DNA of 39,882 nucleotides from Priapulus caudatus (GCF_000485595.1 NW_014577084.1:42616-82497); one strand, 5' to 3'; counted from the first letter of the stretch, positions 1-12,985 are shown. The notes: generated by a model not told the origin, from the sequence alone. Numbers and translations are program-made.

Positions 1-478
1 TGCGTGCATGAATGCCTGCGGGTATGCGTGTGCGTGTGTCACTGTGTGCGTGCGTGCCTGCAGGTGGCGTGTGTATGCGTGCGTGCGTGCGTGTGTGCGT
101 GCGTGCGTGCATGCATGCCTGCGGGTATGCGTGTGCGTGTGTCACTGTGTGCGTGCGTGCCTGCAGGTGGCGTGTGTATGCGTGCGTGCGTGCGTGCATG
201 CATGCCTGCGGGTATGCGTGTGCGTGTGTCACTGTGTGCGTGCGTGCCTGCAGGTGGCGTGTGTATGCGTGCGTGCGTGCGTGCATGCATGCCTGCGGGT
301 ATGCGTGTGCGTGTGTCACTGTGTGCGTGCGTGCCTGCAGGTGGCGTGTGTATGCGTGCGTGCGTGCGTGCATGCATGCCTGCGGGTATGCGTGTGCGTG
401 TGTCACTGTGTGCGTGCGTGCCTGCAGGTGGCGTGTGTATGCGTGCGTGCGTGCGTGTGTGCGTGTGCATGCGTGTCT
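1..478. repeat. 87-bp minisatellite built on (GTGC)/(GT) microsatellite, about 5.5 units
   Basis: CGGGTATGCGTGTGC anchor recurs at 19, 122, 209, 296, 383 (period 87; first unit 103). Confidence 0.95.
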
Positions 479-1298
479 TCAATAGTTCAACAACGCCGAG
501 CAACAGTAATAACTTGCTCAAATCGCTCATCCATCAGAGCTGTAGTATCAAGAGCGTATTAAGTATAATTAAGTCATATAGTACTTAATACCCTCTTAGT
601 AGTATCTATTTCCTCTCGAGACACGCGTGATACGATGCGATAATATGGCTTCCTTTAAAAAAGAAAAACCTTAACGTTTTTTTTCTTCTTTTCGTTAGAA
701 TCAGACCTATTTCTAGCATTTATTTTAAAGCCAACGCTTCACCTAATAACTTCCTCACTGCAGTAAGGCGGTTATTTTTAGGACGCGGATTGTACACTCT
801 GGCAACCTGGAAATAGCAGAGATTTTTTTATTCGGAAATAGAAGCCAACCTGACCGTGGAACAGACATTTTTAATGAATTAATATGATTTTAACTGGGAA
901 ATTTAGAAAGGACCAACCATTTCCCCCTCATACACTAATTAGACGTCTTTCCTGTGCTAAACTAGTACCGTAGCTTTCGATGGCGGACAAGTAAAAAACC
1001 CTGCAAGTTAAAATTTATCATCACCTTGCCAACGCCAAAGCGTCCGCTGCGAAAAAAACAGACGACGTCAACAAAATAGATCCGGCTCGTGATAATTGCT
1101 ACGCTTCGACTAGTTTCAATCCACTCACTTCGTTTAGTAGTTTCACACTATGGTTCGGTAAGGGAATGTACTCACCCCCCAGGCCAGCGTTCCAAAATAG
1201 CATATCATCAGTCGTTATGGCTACAGACTTTGAGTAAAGACAAATCCCTCCTTATGGAAATTATACCACCCTCTCCCCAATCTAACCGGCGCATATAG

Positions 1299-1648
1299 CA
1301 GTAGTCCTCGCTTTATCGGGACAGGTCGGGGACCACTAAAATGTCCCAATTAAGCGGTGAACACATTACAACGCGCGTGAGGATTGTTTTTTTTAAAGCC
1401 ACGGGCCCTTTAAAACTGGAAGCAACTGGATTTCGAGCAACTGGAAGCGATCAGCAGCGACTAGTTGCGTCCACTGTTCTATTTCGAGCAACTAGTGGCG
1501 GCCAGTCGAAGTCGACCGACCTAAGCACTGCAGTCGCAGCCAGACTGCAGCCAGTTGCCTCCAGTCGAGTCGGCTCGCAAGCCCGACATAAGCCCCTCTT
1601 TACGCGATGCAACCGTTAATCCGAGCGCGGGAAAACTGGAGACTACTG
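1299..1648. mobile_element. Degenerate Tc1/pogo-like MITE
   Basis: Starts CAGTAGTC, ends GACTACTG followed by TA; no coding capacity. Confidence 0.45.
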
Positions 1649-1875
1649 TATGAATCGCTACGGTTTCACCAACAGTGTGTCGTTGGTTTCGGTCAGCGAC
1701 GTCTGGGATCGGTCTAACCTAACCAGCCAGCGCTGGCCAATTTGTTCCGAGCATTTAACTCGCTCATCGAACTGTCACCGTGGTGGCGCAATCCGGGAGT
1801 AAGGATTCACGACATACAAGCTGTTTGATGGCCGCAGTTACGAGTCACAAAGTGATACAGATGGTGATTCCCGAA

Positions 1876-1902
1876 GAGAGAGGGACAGAGAGAAAGATAC
1901 AG

Positions 1903-1949
<47 letters not shown>

Positions 1950-2106
1950 GAGAGAGAGACAAACAGATATATATATATAGAGCGAGAGAGAGAGAAGGAG
2001 GCTGCGGAGGAGGGGAGGAAGCTGGGAAGAAGGGGGAGGAGCTGGGAGGAGCTGGGGAGGAGGGGAGGAGGGGAGGGGCTGGGAGAAGCTGGGGGGAGCT
2101 GGGGGA
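1876..2106. repeat. (AT)n/(AG)n microsatellites and a G/A-rich GGAGGAGCTGG-type tract
   Basis: Seen directly in the sequence. Confidence 0.9.
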
Positions 2107-2795
2107 TACGTGTACTTTACGTTCGGGTGCAAAGTTGTTACGTTTGCAATTAATTGTCGGCGGGTGTTGATGTTGCTGTGAATGTGTGTGTATATATGTA
2201 TATATATATAACATTATACATACATATCAAAGAGTGCATAATAGAATGTATTATGTATCTCTATTATGTACTCTTGAGATATATATATATATATATAATA
2301 TATATATATATATATGGTTGCCGGATGCTAATAGATGCATGTAGGCAGCAGCACAGTGGGAACTACGTGAGAGATAGCGTGGATTTACTCATTATCTCTT
2401 GTCATTATCTTTTGTATGTCGTCGTCTTTTCTGGCGTCATGTGTAATGCACGTCGTGCTCATTTTAGCGCCTCTGGCGGCCCGTTTATGTGTGTTATTAG
2501 CTTATTACCTCCTTTGTGTGCGCTTGATAACTTGATACTTTCCGCGTGCTGTAGCTTTCTCGGGTTCCTTTTTATCTAGTTTAAATTACAGCTATATAAT
2601 AGTGACGCTGTCGATGCGAAAACGTATGTAAAGGTAATAGGTATCGCATTTAATTTCACGACCATCGGCAAAAATATCGCGACTAGACACTCATCATAGT
2701 AGTACCTGCCTGTATCGCATATATCATATATCTTAATTCGCGTTGGTGATAATTATACATAGACAAACTCCGCTGTGTGCTGTATTGTGCTCGCC

Positions 2796-3125
2796 TTATT
2801 ACCTCCGCCAGGGGCTTGGCGGGGGTTATGTTTTCACCGGCGTGTGTTTGAGTGTTGGATTGTGTGTTTGTGTCTTTTGTGGGTTTGTTAACATGCACGT
2901 TTCATTCACTTCCGCTTAGTGCGCTGGCTGTAGACTTACAAACACGCAACCACAGGCTAAGGGGCAACCAGTCCTCCCCCACCTGCACGCTCGCACTAAT
3001 CGCAGATCCAATTAATTAATTAATTTTTCCCACTTAATTAATTAATTTAATTAATAAAAAATTTTCACAATTGAGAGAATTCAGCTTGCCTTGGCGGAGG
3101 TCTGTGCTCTCCGAGTGCTCTATGT
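2796..3125 (+). mobile_element. Non-autonomous Helentron-associated element (HINE/DINE-1-like)
   Basis: 5' TTATTACCTCCGCC..GGTTATGTTTTC followed by a GT-rich microsatellite; 3' subterminal inverted GGCGGAGGT (3093-3101) followed by the short hairpin GCTCTCCGAGTGC. Confidence 0.7.
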
Positions 3126-4076
3126 AAATATAATGCTTTCCCCCGCGGGAATCGATGCAATAATTATATGAAGTTACGTGCTCACTTATATCGCTGCATC
3201 GTACAACATATAGTTCTCTCAGAGCCGATAGAGAAACGCATCCGTGCCTTGGGAAAAAAATACGCTTACTGCTGTTTAGCTAGTCATTATAATTTTACGT
3301 TAGACTATTGCATGAAGGTATGGCACAAGACGCGTGATACTATTGACTCAACCAGGCTTTTACTAGGCGGATGGAACGAACGTGCAGTATAGTGCATGCA
3401 GGATGCCATTAGTAGTTTATTACGGTCCGTATATTAGGGTTTATGTTCGTTTGTGTGGTGGGCGCAATGTTCGGTTGAACCGCACGAAGCGGCGAATCTT
3501 CTACAGACGCGAGTGTGTGTCACAAAGGATCGGTACAATACATTTCACCACTACTTGACTTCACCAATGAAACACTCATGCCCGTCGAATTCGCGGTGGG
3601 GTGAGCGCTGTCATAAGCGTTGACTTTTCGAGCTCACGTGCTTTTAACGTAACACCGCCCCCCCCACCCCCCAGTGCGTGTGAAAAAACATTGGCGATAT
3701 AGGCAGTTGCCGCCCAAGACGCTTAGAAAAAATTTCGCCGCAACTGAATTGTTAACTGCCGCAGCAGCATCAAGTGTTAATTTATTCCTATCGTTGACGC
3801 TTGAAATATATAATGTACGCACTCGATGGGTGAGGGGGGGGGGGGTATTAGCTGGGCAACCGTGGCACATTAGGCGTAACTCGACGCAATGCGTTAACCC
3901 CTTAGAAAAAAAAAACCTGTCCGCGTCCGCGTTAATAAAGGGAGGTTATATTAAACGCTTCTCGTTGGGTTAATGTAGGGAGTGGTAGCGTACCTACGAA
4001 GTTTGAGCTATCAAGCTACCGTGGTATAGTATATAATATATATATACTATATATATATATATGAATAAGTATATAT

Positions 4077-5044
4077 CAGTGCTGCGAAAAATTAAGCGTT
4101 GTCCGGTGTGTCCGAGACACACCAGAAATTTTGCGCCGGACAACCTAACCAGGTCTGAGACATTTGTCGCGTGGACAACCAAGAAAATGTGACGAAAAAC
4201 GCAGTTTATTGATGTTCTTCTCAGTGGTTCTCAAGAGTACTTTAGCCTGGCGGCGCGCCATAATCCTATGGTGGGGAAAGCGACTGCATACCACTGACTA
4301 TTTCAAACCGGTATATTGTCAAGCGTTTTAACTGATTTTATGAGAGGTGAACTCGATTTTGGAACCAGCAACGCCAGCAAGTTCACCCCTACATTTTTGG
4401 TATTTTTTACTTCCATTATTATTTTTGATTTCCGATTGGCTTTGCCCAATGCAAAAACAAACACAAGTGGGGATTCATGTTGATCAAAAAGTTTTAAAAA
4501 AACGAGAATTGTCAGTAAGATCAGAATGGAAGGTTTGTACATGTACTCAAAATGCCGCAATACCATCTCCTGGCGATCTACATATTTAAAATTTTCTGGG
4601 GGAGGACCCCATACCCCCCGCTTGTTTTCAACCCCAACATCCTTGAATCTAGATTCTGCCCATGACCAATTACAGTATCTTGGCGAGGCAGAGAACATAG
4701 AACAAAATGCGCCTTTTCGCATGCACCCAAAACCAAAGCATGCAGAGAAGGTAGGGAGCGGTAGCAATAGGGTCGTGGAGAGAGGCGGAGGAGCCATTAA
4801 AATATTAAAGTCATCCACTATTCTTGCGGCGAGTTCGCTGTTTTTGGCCCCCCTATGTTAAAAAATCCTGGCTACACCACTGTTTTTGGGTGTTTTCTGA
4901 ACGATATTATTATGTGATTGAAACATAGGATTCGGGGATATGGTTTTTTGGAACAAACCGAAAATTAGTGCGCGCACAACGCTGATTTGATGCCTGGATT
5001 GTCCCCGCAAGGACAACGCACATTATTTTCTTATTTCGAGCACG
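4077..5044. mobile_element. Probable nested remnants of hAT-like non-autonomous elements
   Basis: CAGTGCTGCGAAAA start and TTTCGAGCAC end; internal element end AAAATCCTGGCTACACCACTG at about 4862-4882; degenerate. Confidence 0.35.
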
Positions 5045-5739
5045 ATGTTATATATATATAATATGTATTAGCTTAGTCGTAGATNNNNNNNNNNNNNNNN
5101 NNNNNNNNNNNNNNNNNNNNNNNNNNNNNNNNNNNNNNNNNNNNNNNNNNNNNNNNNNNNNNNNNNNNNNNNNNNNNNNNNNNNNNNNNNNNNNNNNNNN
5201 NNNNNNNNNNNNNNNNNNNNNNNNNNNNNNNNNNNNNNNNNNNNNNNNNNNNNNNNNNNNNNNNNNNNNNNNNNNNNNNNNNNNNNNNNNNNNNNNNNNN
5301 NNNNNNNNNNNNNNNNNNNNNNNNNNNNNNNNNNNNNNNNNNNNNNNNNNNNNNNNNNNNNNNNNNNNNNNNNNNNNNNNNNNNNNNNNNNNNNNNNNNN
5401 NNNNNNNNNNNNNNNNTCTCTCTCTCTCTCTCTCTCTCTGCTCTCTCGGGATCTCTTTCTATTCTCTCGTCTCTTCTCGTTCTCTGCATTTCTTTCTCTC
5501 TAGAATTCTCTCTCCCCTTCTTCTCATTGTTCTCTTCTTGGTATACCAGCTCCTCTCATGTAAGATGAGGACAGCGTAGGCACAGCACTAATGAAGCCAT
5601 CATCTGAGCATCTCTCTCCCGCGATAGTAACTACTGAGCCTGTAGTAGTACGTAGCCATCGCGACTGCTTCTCCCGCGGGGAAGCAGCAGTATGCAGCCA
5701 CCACGTACGTACAATATATGTGTATATATTAAATATATA

Positions 5740-5972
5740 CAGGGGTAGAAATTAACTTTTGAACACGGGAGTCCAACGCACTCCCTGCCCTCAAAAAGAG
5801 GGAGTCCGCAGCAAAATGAGGGCGTCCGCAGTCTGGGGTTCAAAATTAAAAATATTAACAATAACGCATGTGCTTATTTTTAAGATTCATGTGGTTCCAC
5901 GTCTGCCAGTAGGGAGTCCGACAGTAAATCAGGGAGTATTTGACTCCGGATTCCCGTTAATTTCGCACCCTG
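5740..5972. mobile_element. hAT-like MITE, copy 1 (internally deleted)
   Basis: TIR CAGGGGTAGAAATTAA / TTAATTTCGCACCCTG; homologous to 9575-9930. Confidence 0.8.
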
Positions 5973-6021
5973 TATATATAAATCTAATATAGATATTATA
6001 TAATTAGCTCTTGATATATAT

Positions 6022-6341
6022 CAGGGGTTAATAATGACAAATGTTATTTGTCATTATTAACCCCTGATATATATGTATACGTACGTAGGCCTACGTATAT
6101 ATACGTATAGTACTACATATATACTATCAAGTGCTAATAAATACCTTTTATTATTTATTAGCTCTTGATACTATCAGAAGTAGATAACAAGGAATTATCT
6201 ATTATTAGGGAATCATAGGAATTATCTATAATAGGAAATTATCTAGGGAATCCCTATTATCTACTTCTGATACTATACATAGTACCAGGGGTAGATAATG
6301 ACACATGATAATGATGACGATTTGTCGTTATCTATCACCTG
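6022..6341. mobile_element. Cluster of three tiny foldback elements (6022-6066, 6175-6269, 6286-6341)
   Basis: Each is an inverted repeat starting CAG(G/A)(G/A)GT..ATAA; 7-bp direct repeats ATACTAT and ATAGTAC flank the 2nd and 3rd. Confidence 0.7.
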
Positions 6342-7633
6342 ATAGTACTATACTAGTACGCACTACTACTAGTACTATATACTAATAATAGTATTAATAC
6401 TATACACTATAGTACTACACTAGTACATACAGATACTACCATAAATTAATATAGTACTATATTTTCCACTATACATTGTAATATACTAATAATTTAAGCC
6501 CCTTCACCAGAAGACCACACACGATCATCGCACCCGTTGTAGCGACTGCCCCCCTATAGAACGGCCACGACGTATCCGTAACGACCGCGCTCGCCGCCTC
6601 GCCCTAGCGCGTGGGGCCGTCACGCGGCGAAAACCACCACCTGTTAATTACAGCCAGTTTTCTTCTAGTGGCCGTTATATACAGGTTTGTCTCCGGCTTT
6701 TGTTGCGTAACGGCGATGTAACCCAAGCGTTCGTCTACTCATCACTGTCGTACGTCATCTCGTAGGCTAATCGTATCGTCTAATTATAATCTCTCTCAAG
6801 AAGAAAATATTCTCTCTCAATTCTCTCTATATATATATAAGTCACTCGCAGAACTACTTATATTTAAAAGTCTGCTTGTAGAGCGTTATTAATAAATAGA
6901 AACGTATATATGGGAAAGAAAATATTGAGCACTCTCAATATGGAAGCATCTCTCATCAAGGAAGTATTTGATGTAAACTCGTAGCGCGTATATGTCACGC
7001 GGCGCTGGGAAAAAAATCTTTTAGCGCTCACCTACGATACGCTGCGCAGGTATAATCGCTTGTCTGGCAAACCCCGCTGTGCGATTCACCGGCTGAAGCC
7101 TTCTTTTGTGTGCGCTATATATACATCTGATCTCTGCTGGAAATGTTTATTCTCAGCTTTTAGCTCTTGTATACCGCTGTCCATACACCTGACACTTGTC
7201 TCGTAAGCTATTCGAGTAACCATCACAAAGACACACGGAGATTCCCATGAAAAACAGTAACTCTCGGTTCTTTGAAGAGCCCCTATGTGCATGCATGCAT
7301 ACGTGCACTTGTGTGTGCACGCGTACGTGTGTCACTCCGTACGTACGTGTGGATCATGGGCTAGCATGTGTACAGCCTGGCTGTCTGTGTTGTCTGTATA
7401 TATATAAACCTTTTTTGCTAAACTGACTTGACAGACTGTGAGCATTTCGGTACTTAAAATTACTCGCAGCATTATTGGCAGCATTATTTTGCATTTATTT
7501 TGCATTTATTGGCAGCATTATTGGCAGCATTTTTAGCAGCATGAGATTACTCATAAATTAAAATTAGAGGTCAGACATAAAAAAATGCTTTATCACTTAA
7601 ACATCAGCATTTCACATTGTATTCAGCTAAATA

Positions 7634-7636
<3 letters not shown>

Positions 7637-7692
<56 letters not shown>
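7637..7692. repeat. (TA)n microsatellite
   Basis: Seen directly. Confidence 0.95.
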
Positions 7693-7695
<3 letters not shown>

Positions 7696-7973
7696 CACAA
7701 CACTCATACACTTGCCTTTCGCAGGCCGCTTGTATGCACAGACTTAGAACTCCACACACGCTCATCGTGTTCCCGGTGCGCGGTGATCGCCGTGCCACTG
7801 CCGTCCTGCGGTTTCAAACGTTCCGCGCGCGCCGTTAGTCGTCAAACTGACTTGTCACTGCTGCTCACTCTGCTGACGTGTGGAGACGGCGTGCCTAGCT
7901 GAAATACACCGTCGTTATCTTCATGACTGAGAAACAAACGCACACGGGTCGAGGAGCAGCGCGAAGAGGGAAA

Positions 7974-8070
7974 ATGTTGCTTCATGTTGCTGCATGCTGC
8001 TTCATGTTGCTGCATGTTATTGCATGTTGCTTCATGTTGCTGCATGCTGCTTTAATGTTGCTGCATGTTG
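7974..8070. repeat. 10-bp tandem repeat (ATGTTGCTKC)n
   Basis: About 9 degenerate units. Confidence 0.85.
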
Positions 8071-9574
8071 ATTGATGTTCATTCTATCTATCTATCTATC
8101 AATATGGTTACGTCGATCTGTAACTCTTGACAATTACTCAACGGTGTATTGTTGTTGTGTAATACAAAAACTACTACAGAACGCCATGCAATGATGCATG
8201 TACCCATATTTTGCTCCTGTGGGACTTCCCAGACGACTTGGGCACTAGCTACGTGTGCCAAAAGCAGAAAGGCAGAGCAGGGGTGGGAGGAGCATCCAGT
8301 GGGGGCTGCAGCCACTTGGCCCTTTACCCCTTCCCTATGCCCATGCGAGGAAATACATTACAGAATATTTTCCAGTAATGAACGACACGTAGAACAGGAT
8401 TAACCCGAAGGAGATCATGATTTTGTTCCATCATTTATTTGACTGACGCTAGGATTTTCTACAATTATTAGGGCAATTGCTTCTTGAGAATCTTCCCCGC
8501 ACTTTCACCCACCACGCAGGCTTCTCTACACTACCAAGCCAGGCCACATGCTGTCAAGCAATCATTGCTTGCGGGTAAGGAAATTGAACCGACTCTGACA
8601 CACACACACACACACGCACGCACACATGCACGCACACACACACCAGCGCGTGTACGCCCAAGAGGAGTATGACCACACTATATTGGTCCAGTAAGGAAGA
8701 CCGTGAGTGATACTGATAGGGAGAGACTCAGGGAGGGGGCAGGGCTTAGCCTAAGACCTGGTGAAAAATCACTACTAATCCAATTATGCCAAGATGCCTC
8801 ACTCTTGGCAGAGGAACACGAACGAGTGTGCGCCATGATGTGACATGCAATCTGTAGCAACTACACAACACACAAACCCACGTCACCGGACGATGGCGGC
8901 TATTTGGCACTGATTGTGTAGCATACCCTACTCATGACTAAGCTTGCATTGGGCCCTAACTGTAACAGTTGCAGACCTGTCACAAATGTCGTGGGAAATG
9001 GGTTAAAAGCAAAATACTAATTTCAGACTAAAAACGGGAAGACAAAATTCAAATCATGAGTTTTCATTAAATATTGGACAAGGACCATGGCATAGACCAA
9101 ACTAACTCGTATAGATTGATGTGCAAACTTAATTAATTAGCTACTGCTTAATTAGATGCACACATAGCACTCCTATGGATTTCCTATCGTGGTAAAATTA
9201 GATAAATATTCATAATCTTATTATATAATGAGAAGAACCATAAAGCCATTCATGAATACATTGTACTAGCTTGCAACACCCAATGCACAATACCAATGAC
9301 CTCATGTGAAAGACACTCAAATTTTACATTCCTGCCAGCCACACAAAATCTTATTTTATGCAGTGAAACACTCACGATACTTATTGTCATACTGGGCCCA
9401 AATGGCTACAGAATAATCATTCATAAATAGATTTTGGTCTTCTAGATTAACACACATGAGGGGTATCTTGTAGTAGAAGAAGTTTATAACAGATTTTAAG
9501 TGTAAAATAAACAAAAAAAGCAATTGTGTACCTAAGGAACGAGGACGTTAAAAAACCAATTGACATCAAATCCA

Positions 9575-9930
9575 CAGGGGTAGAAATTAACTTTTGAACA
9601 AACTCGAACTCTGACCTCAAAAAGAGGGAGTCCGCAGCAAAATGAGGGAGTCCGCAGTCTGAGGTTCAAAATTAAAGATATTATTATTAACAATAACGCA
9701 TGTCCTTATTTTTAAGATTCATGCAGTTGCACGTCTGCCAAATTTTCTTTGCACATAATCATTAGCTGAAAAAATACAGTAATTCCGCGAGGCCGTGCTC
9801 CGGAATGAACTAGTTAGTATGGCATAATTTTCAGGGAGTCACACGGACTCCTGCATATATGTCAAATCAGGGAGTCCGACAGTAAATCAGAGAGTATTTG
9901 ACTCCGGACTCCTGTTAATTTCGCACCCTG
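9575..9930. mobile_element. hAT-like MITE, copy 2
   Basis: Same TIRs and internal GGGAGTCCG subterminal motifs as 5740-5972. Confidence 0.8.
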
Positions 9931-9976
9931 AATGTATGGCCTGTCTCTTGAGTGTGCTGTATTTGCTTTTCGTATA

Positions 9977-10438
9977 CAGTCCAACCTCCTTTATCCGGCC
10001 ATCCGTTATCCGGAAATCTCTATTAACGGGCCGTGATCTTGCAGTGTATTCTCTGTTTTTCATTCATTTCCACCCAAAAATCTCGCTCAAAACTCGTTCA
10101 AAGCTCGCTCAAAACTCGCGCGATGTACCAACTGTACGTGTGTTTGCGTGTGTGCGTTTGCGCGCGTGTGTGAGTGTATGTGTGTTGTCCGCTCGTGTCC
10201 GTTATGCCTCCGGTAAAATTTCAGTTTTATTTCATTTTATTTCCATTTCATATAAACCATAAAACACAACAGTTTGTTACAAATAATCATAGCAACGAGT
10301 AAATACATTATCAAATGCATAAACCCTACTGAACTGCATATAGAAATGCTGTGTTTGAGCATAACTCTCATATTCGGCCAAATCCCATATCCGGATGGGT
10401 GCCGGTCCTGACGTGGCCGGATAAAGGAGGTCGGACTG
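9977..10438. mobile_element. Tc1/mariner (pogo/Tigger-like) MITE
   Basis: 25-bp TIR CAGTCC(A/G)ACCTCCTTTATCCGGCCA (24/25 match), TA on both sides. Confidence 0.9.
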
Positions 10439-11272
10439 TAGTTGGCAAATTTAAGTGGCTTATTGTGTAATGCAAGAGTATACGATTTCAACCTAACTAT
10501 CGGGAATTACTAGATAAGTACATGGCTATCAAAATTCCCACGTTTTGCCGATAGCAAATTAAGTCAGCAGAGGCTATGCAGAAGGTTACCAGAATTCCAA
10601 CTTCTTACAGCAGTTAAAGTTCATACTTTGTATATAGTAGTTAACAAATTTATGCAAGATGTATGAATGTATAACAGGACGATGCACACATTTACAGCCT
10701 TTCATCAATCATCATACATGTAACTTGTAAGCATCCTGTGCAGCACCATTCTGAGATGAGTGAGACCAACTTCTTTCTGATCGAACATTACATGTATTGT
10801 AATGATGTAACTTAATTCAGATGTCTGTCTATGCTTAATTAGCCTATGTGCACGAAAGCAGCTGTATGGTCGAAATATTGGACACAAGCCAACAAAATTT
10901 ATTGTTTAAACATTACCCACATTTACAGGGCTACACTACAGTATAACCTACCAGGGGTCGAAATAAGCGATGGTCCGATGGTCCGGAGCGATCAAATAAT
11001 CAGGAGGACCATCAGATTTTCAAAGTCAATGGTCCGACAAACCATTGAATATTTTGGTCCCATTTTACGGTAATTTTCTTTGAAGTTTCCACGTTCCAAT
11101 ATACTATTAAAGTGAATAAACAATTACACATTCATTGTACGTGTAACATGAATAATTAAACCATTTTATCACCATGTAAAATCTCTTTCTTACGCTTGAA
11201 CGCCGCATTACTTTTAGAGAACAATTTGAAATTTAGGAGGACCATCTAAATTTCAAACTAGATGATCCTGTG

Positions 11273-11506
11273 CACAGGCACTTGGAACGTCTCAATTAAA
11301 AAAAAGGTAAATAAACACGAAATGTATTTACTACCAGTCTTAATGCGGTGTACTTGTGTGTTGCAGATGAGCATTTGAACGGCATTTACGGGTAATTATC
11401 GGCAATAATAGGCGAAATAGAGTAGAGAAACATTAAGACTGGTAGTGGTAGTAAATACATTTTGTGTTTACATTATTTTTTTATTGAGACGTTCCAAGTG
11501 CCTGTG
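11273..11506. mobile_element. Foldback MITE with CACAGGCACTTG termini, nested in an older CAGGGGTCGAAAT element starting at 10952
   Basis: About 70-bp imperfect TIR (CACAGGCACTTGGAACGTCTCAAT...); CCTGTG duplicated at the flanks. Confidence 0.8.
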
Positions 11507-12374
11507 CCTGTGGTCCTGGACTAGATACAATAATGTAACCCAAACCCAGGATAGGCCTACTATTTGTTGTTTTAAGCGGTGTTGGTGGTATATAGGCTTT
11601 GTAACACTTTCTAGGCTTGCTACATGATCATCATCATCATTCATCATCATAAACCACAGGGCTAAAGCAAAGGTTTCAACTCAAGCGATGTAGGCTCCTT
11701 CACCGACAACGATAAAACACGACATAATTACCTTGATCTCGTCGCACGATCAAATCCGTTTAGAAATCAGGAAGATACGTAATTATACAACACTTAAACG
11801 ATTATATACGATATGATTAGGGTCCTATAACTCAATCCTACAGGCTAATGTCAGGACAGGTTTACCTTCAATCGTTAAAGAAAAAATATCATTTGCTTTC
11901 TCCCGCTTCTGTAGACTGCTCTGTTGTTAGTTTTACGATATAAGTATTCTCATATTTAAGAAGTTTTTAGCTCCAATAATAACTGAAATGATAATACTAA
12001 TAAGACGACAACGTATTCTGTCGATAGAAATGTTATTTATACCAGAAATTGTTCAAATATTCGCTTTTTCTGAAAATATTCAGATACGTTTGCCACTAAT
12101 ATTAGACAAAGTTAGCTCTAGATGGCGCTGCAGTACGAACACAATCTACATGTGAAATTCATCCTACAGTCTACATAGTACACATTCATAACAAACATCA
12201 ACAAGTTCTAGTTCAAGTTCAAGTTCAAGTTGTCCGTATCTCGGTTCGTCGCACTACTAGTACTATTACTACTAAGTTTAATACTGTTAGTACTATTAGT
12301 AATAGTAATACTGTTAGTGTTAGTGTTACTAACGCTCATATACTCAGTCATAGGGTCTATTAACCCGACCAGGC

Positions 12375-12580
12375 CACAGGCACTTGAAGCATATCAACAG
12401 TAAACACACGCCGCCGCCATCGCGCGTACACTGACACATATACATATATGTACATACATACATACATACATACATATACATACATACATACGTACATACA
12501 TATACATATATGTATATGTGTCAGTGTACGCGCGATGGCGGCGGCGTGTGTTTACTGTTGATATGCTTCAAGTGCCTGTG
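12375..12580. mobile_element. P-superfamily-like palindromic MITE
   Basis: About 75-bp perfect TIR CACAGGCACTTGAAGC..., (CATA)n loop, exact 8-bp TSD GACCAGGC (12367-12374 and 12581-12588). Confidence 0.9.
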
Positions 12581-12658
12581 GACCAGGCTGTGTGACTAAC
12601 GTCAATACACCGTATCTAAGAGTCAGACTAACCCTATCAATACCGTTTCTTGGAGCTA

Positions 12659-12932
12659 AGGGTCTATGTCCCCCAGGGTACTGCCGGAACGTTACCTGGG
12701 TACGGTCCGGTATACCGGAACGTACCCTGGTTACTATTTGATATGGTTAGGGTTAGGATTAGGGTTCGGGTTCGAGTTAGGGTTAGGGAGTAGGCGTAGG
12801 CGACTCCCTAGACTCGTTAGTGGAGTAGGCGAGGTACGGTCCGGCATATTAGATAGTACCAGGGTACGTTTCGGTATACTGGACCGTACTCAGGGTACGT
12901 TCCGGCAGTACCCCGGGGGATATAGACCCTCT
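12659..12932. mobile_element. TIR MITE (PIF/Harbinger-like?) with an internal TTAGGG-like tract, copy 1
   Basis: TIR GGGTCTATGTCCCCC..GTACTGCCGGAACGT; inverted homolog at 23849-24130. Confidence 0.75.
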
Positions 12933-12985
12933 CAGCGTTACTAACACTATGACAAAATTTAGAAGGTAATATAATAAATACGAAG

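Noticed and set aside
4..588. Cys/Val/Ala/Arg-rich ORFs in several frames
   Set aside because: Translation of the 87-bp GTGC minisatellite; open in all frames
5073..5489. ORFs spanning N runs (also 22345-23056, 29111-29676, 31509-32051)
   Set aside because: Their length comes from assembly gaps; only the GST exon portions are real
5565..5612. C/D-box-like ATGAGGA...CTGA with an AGATG/CATCT stem
   Set aside because: Under 50 nt, imperfect C box, no recognisable rRNA guide
7842..7844. In-frame TGA read as selenocysteine
   Set aside because: No selenoprotein motif or SECIS identified, and the coding status itself is unproven
12666..12944. Similar ORFs at 12666-12944 (+) and 23843-24217 (-)
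   Set aside because: Two copies of one MITE; the LGLGLG run is translated TTAGGG
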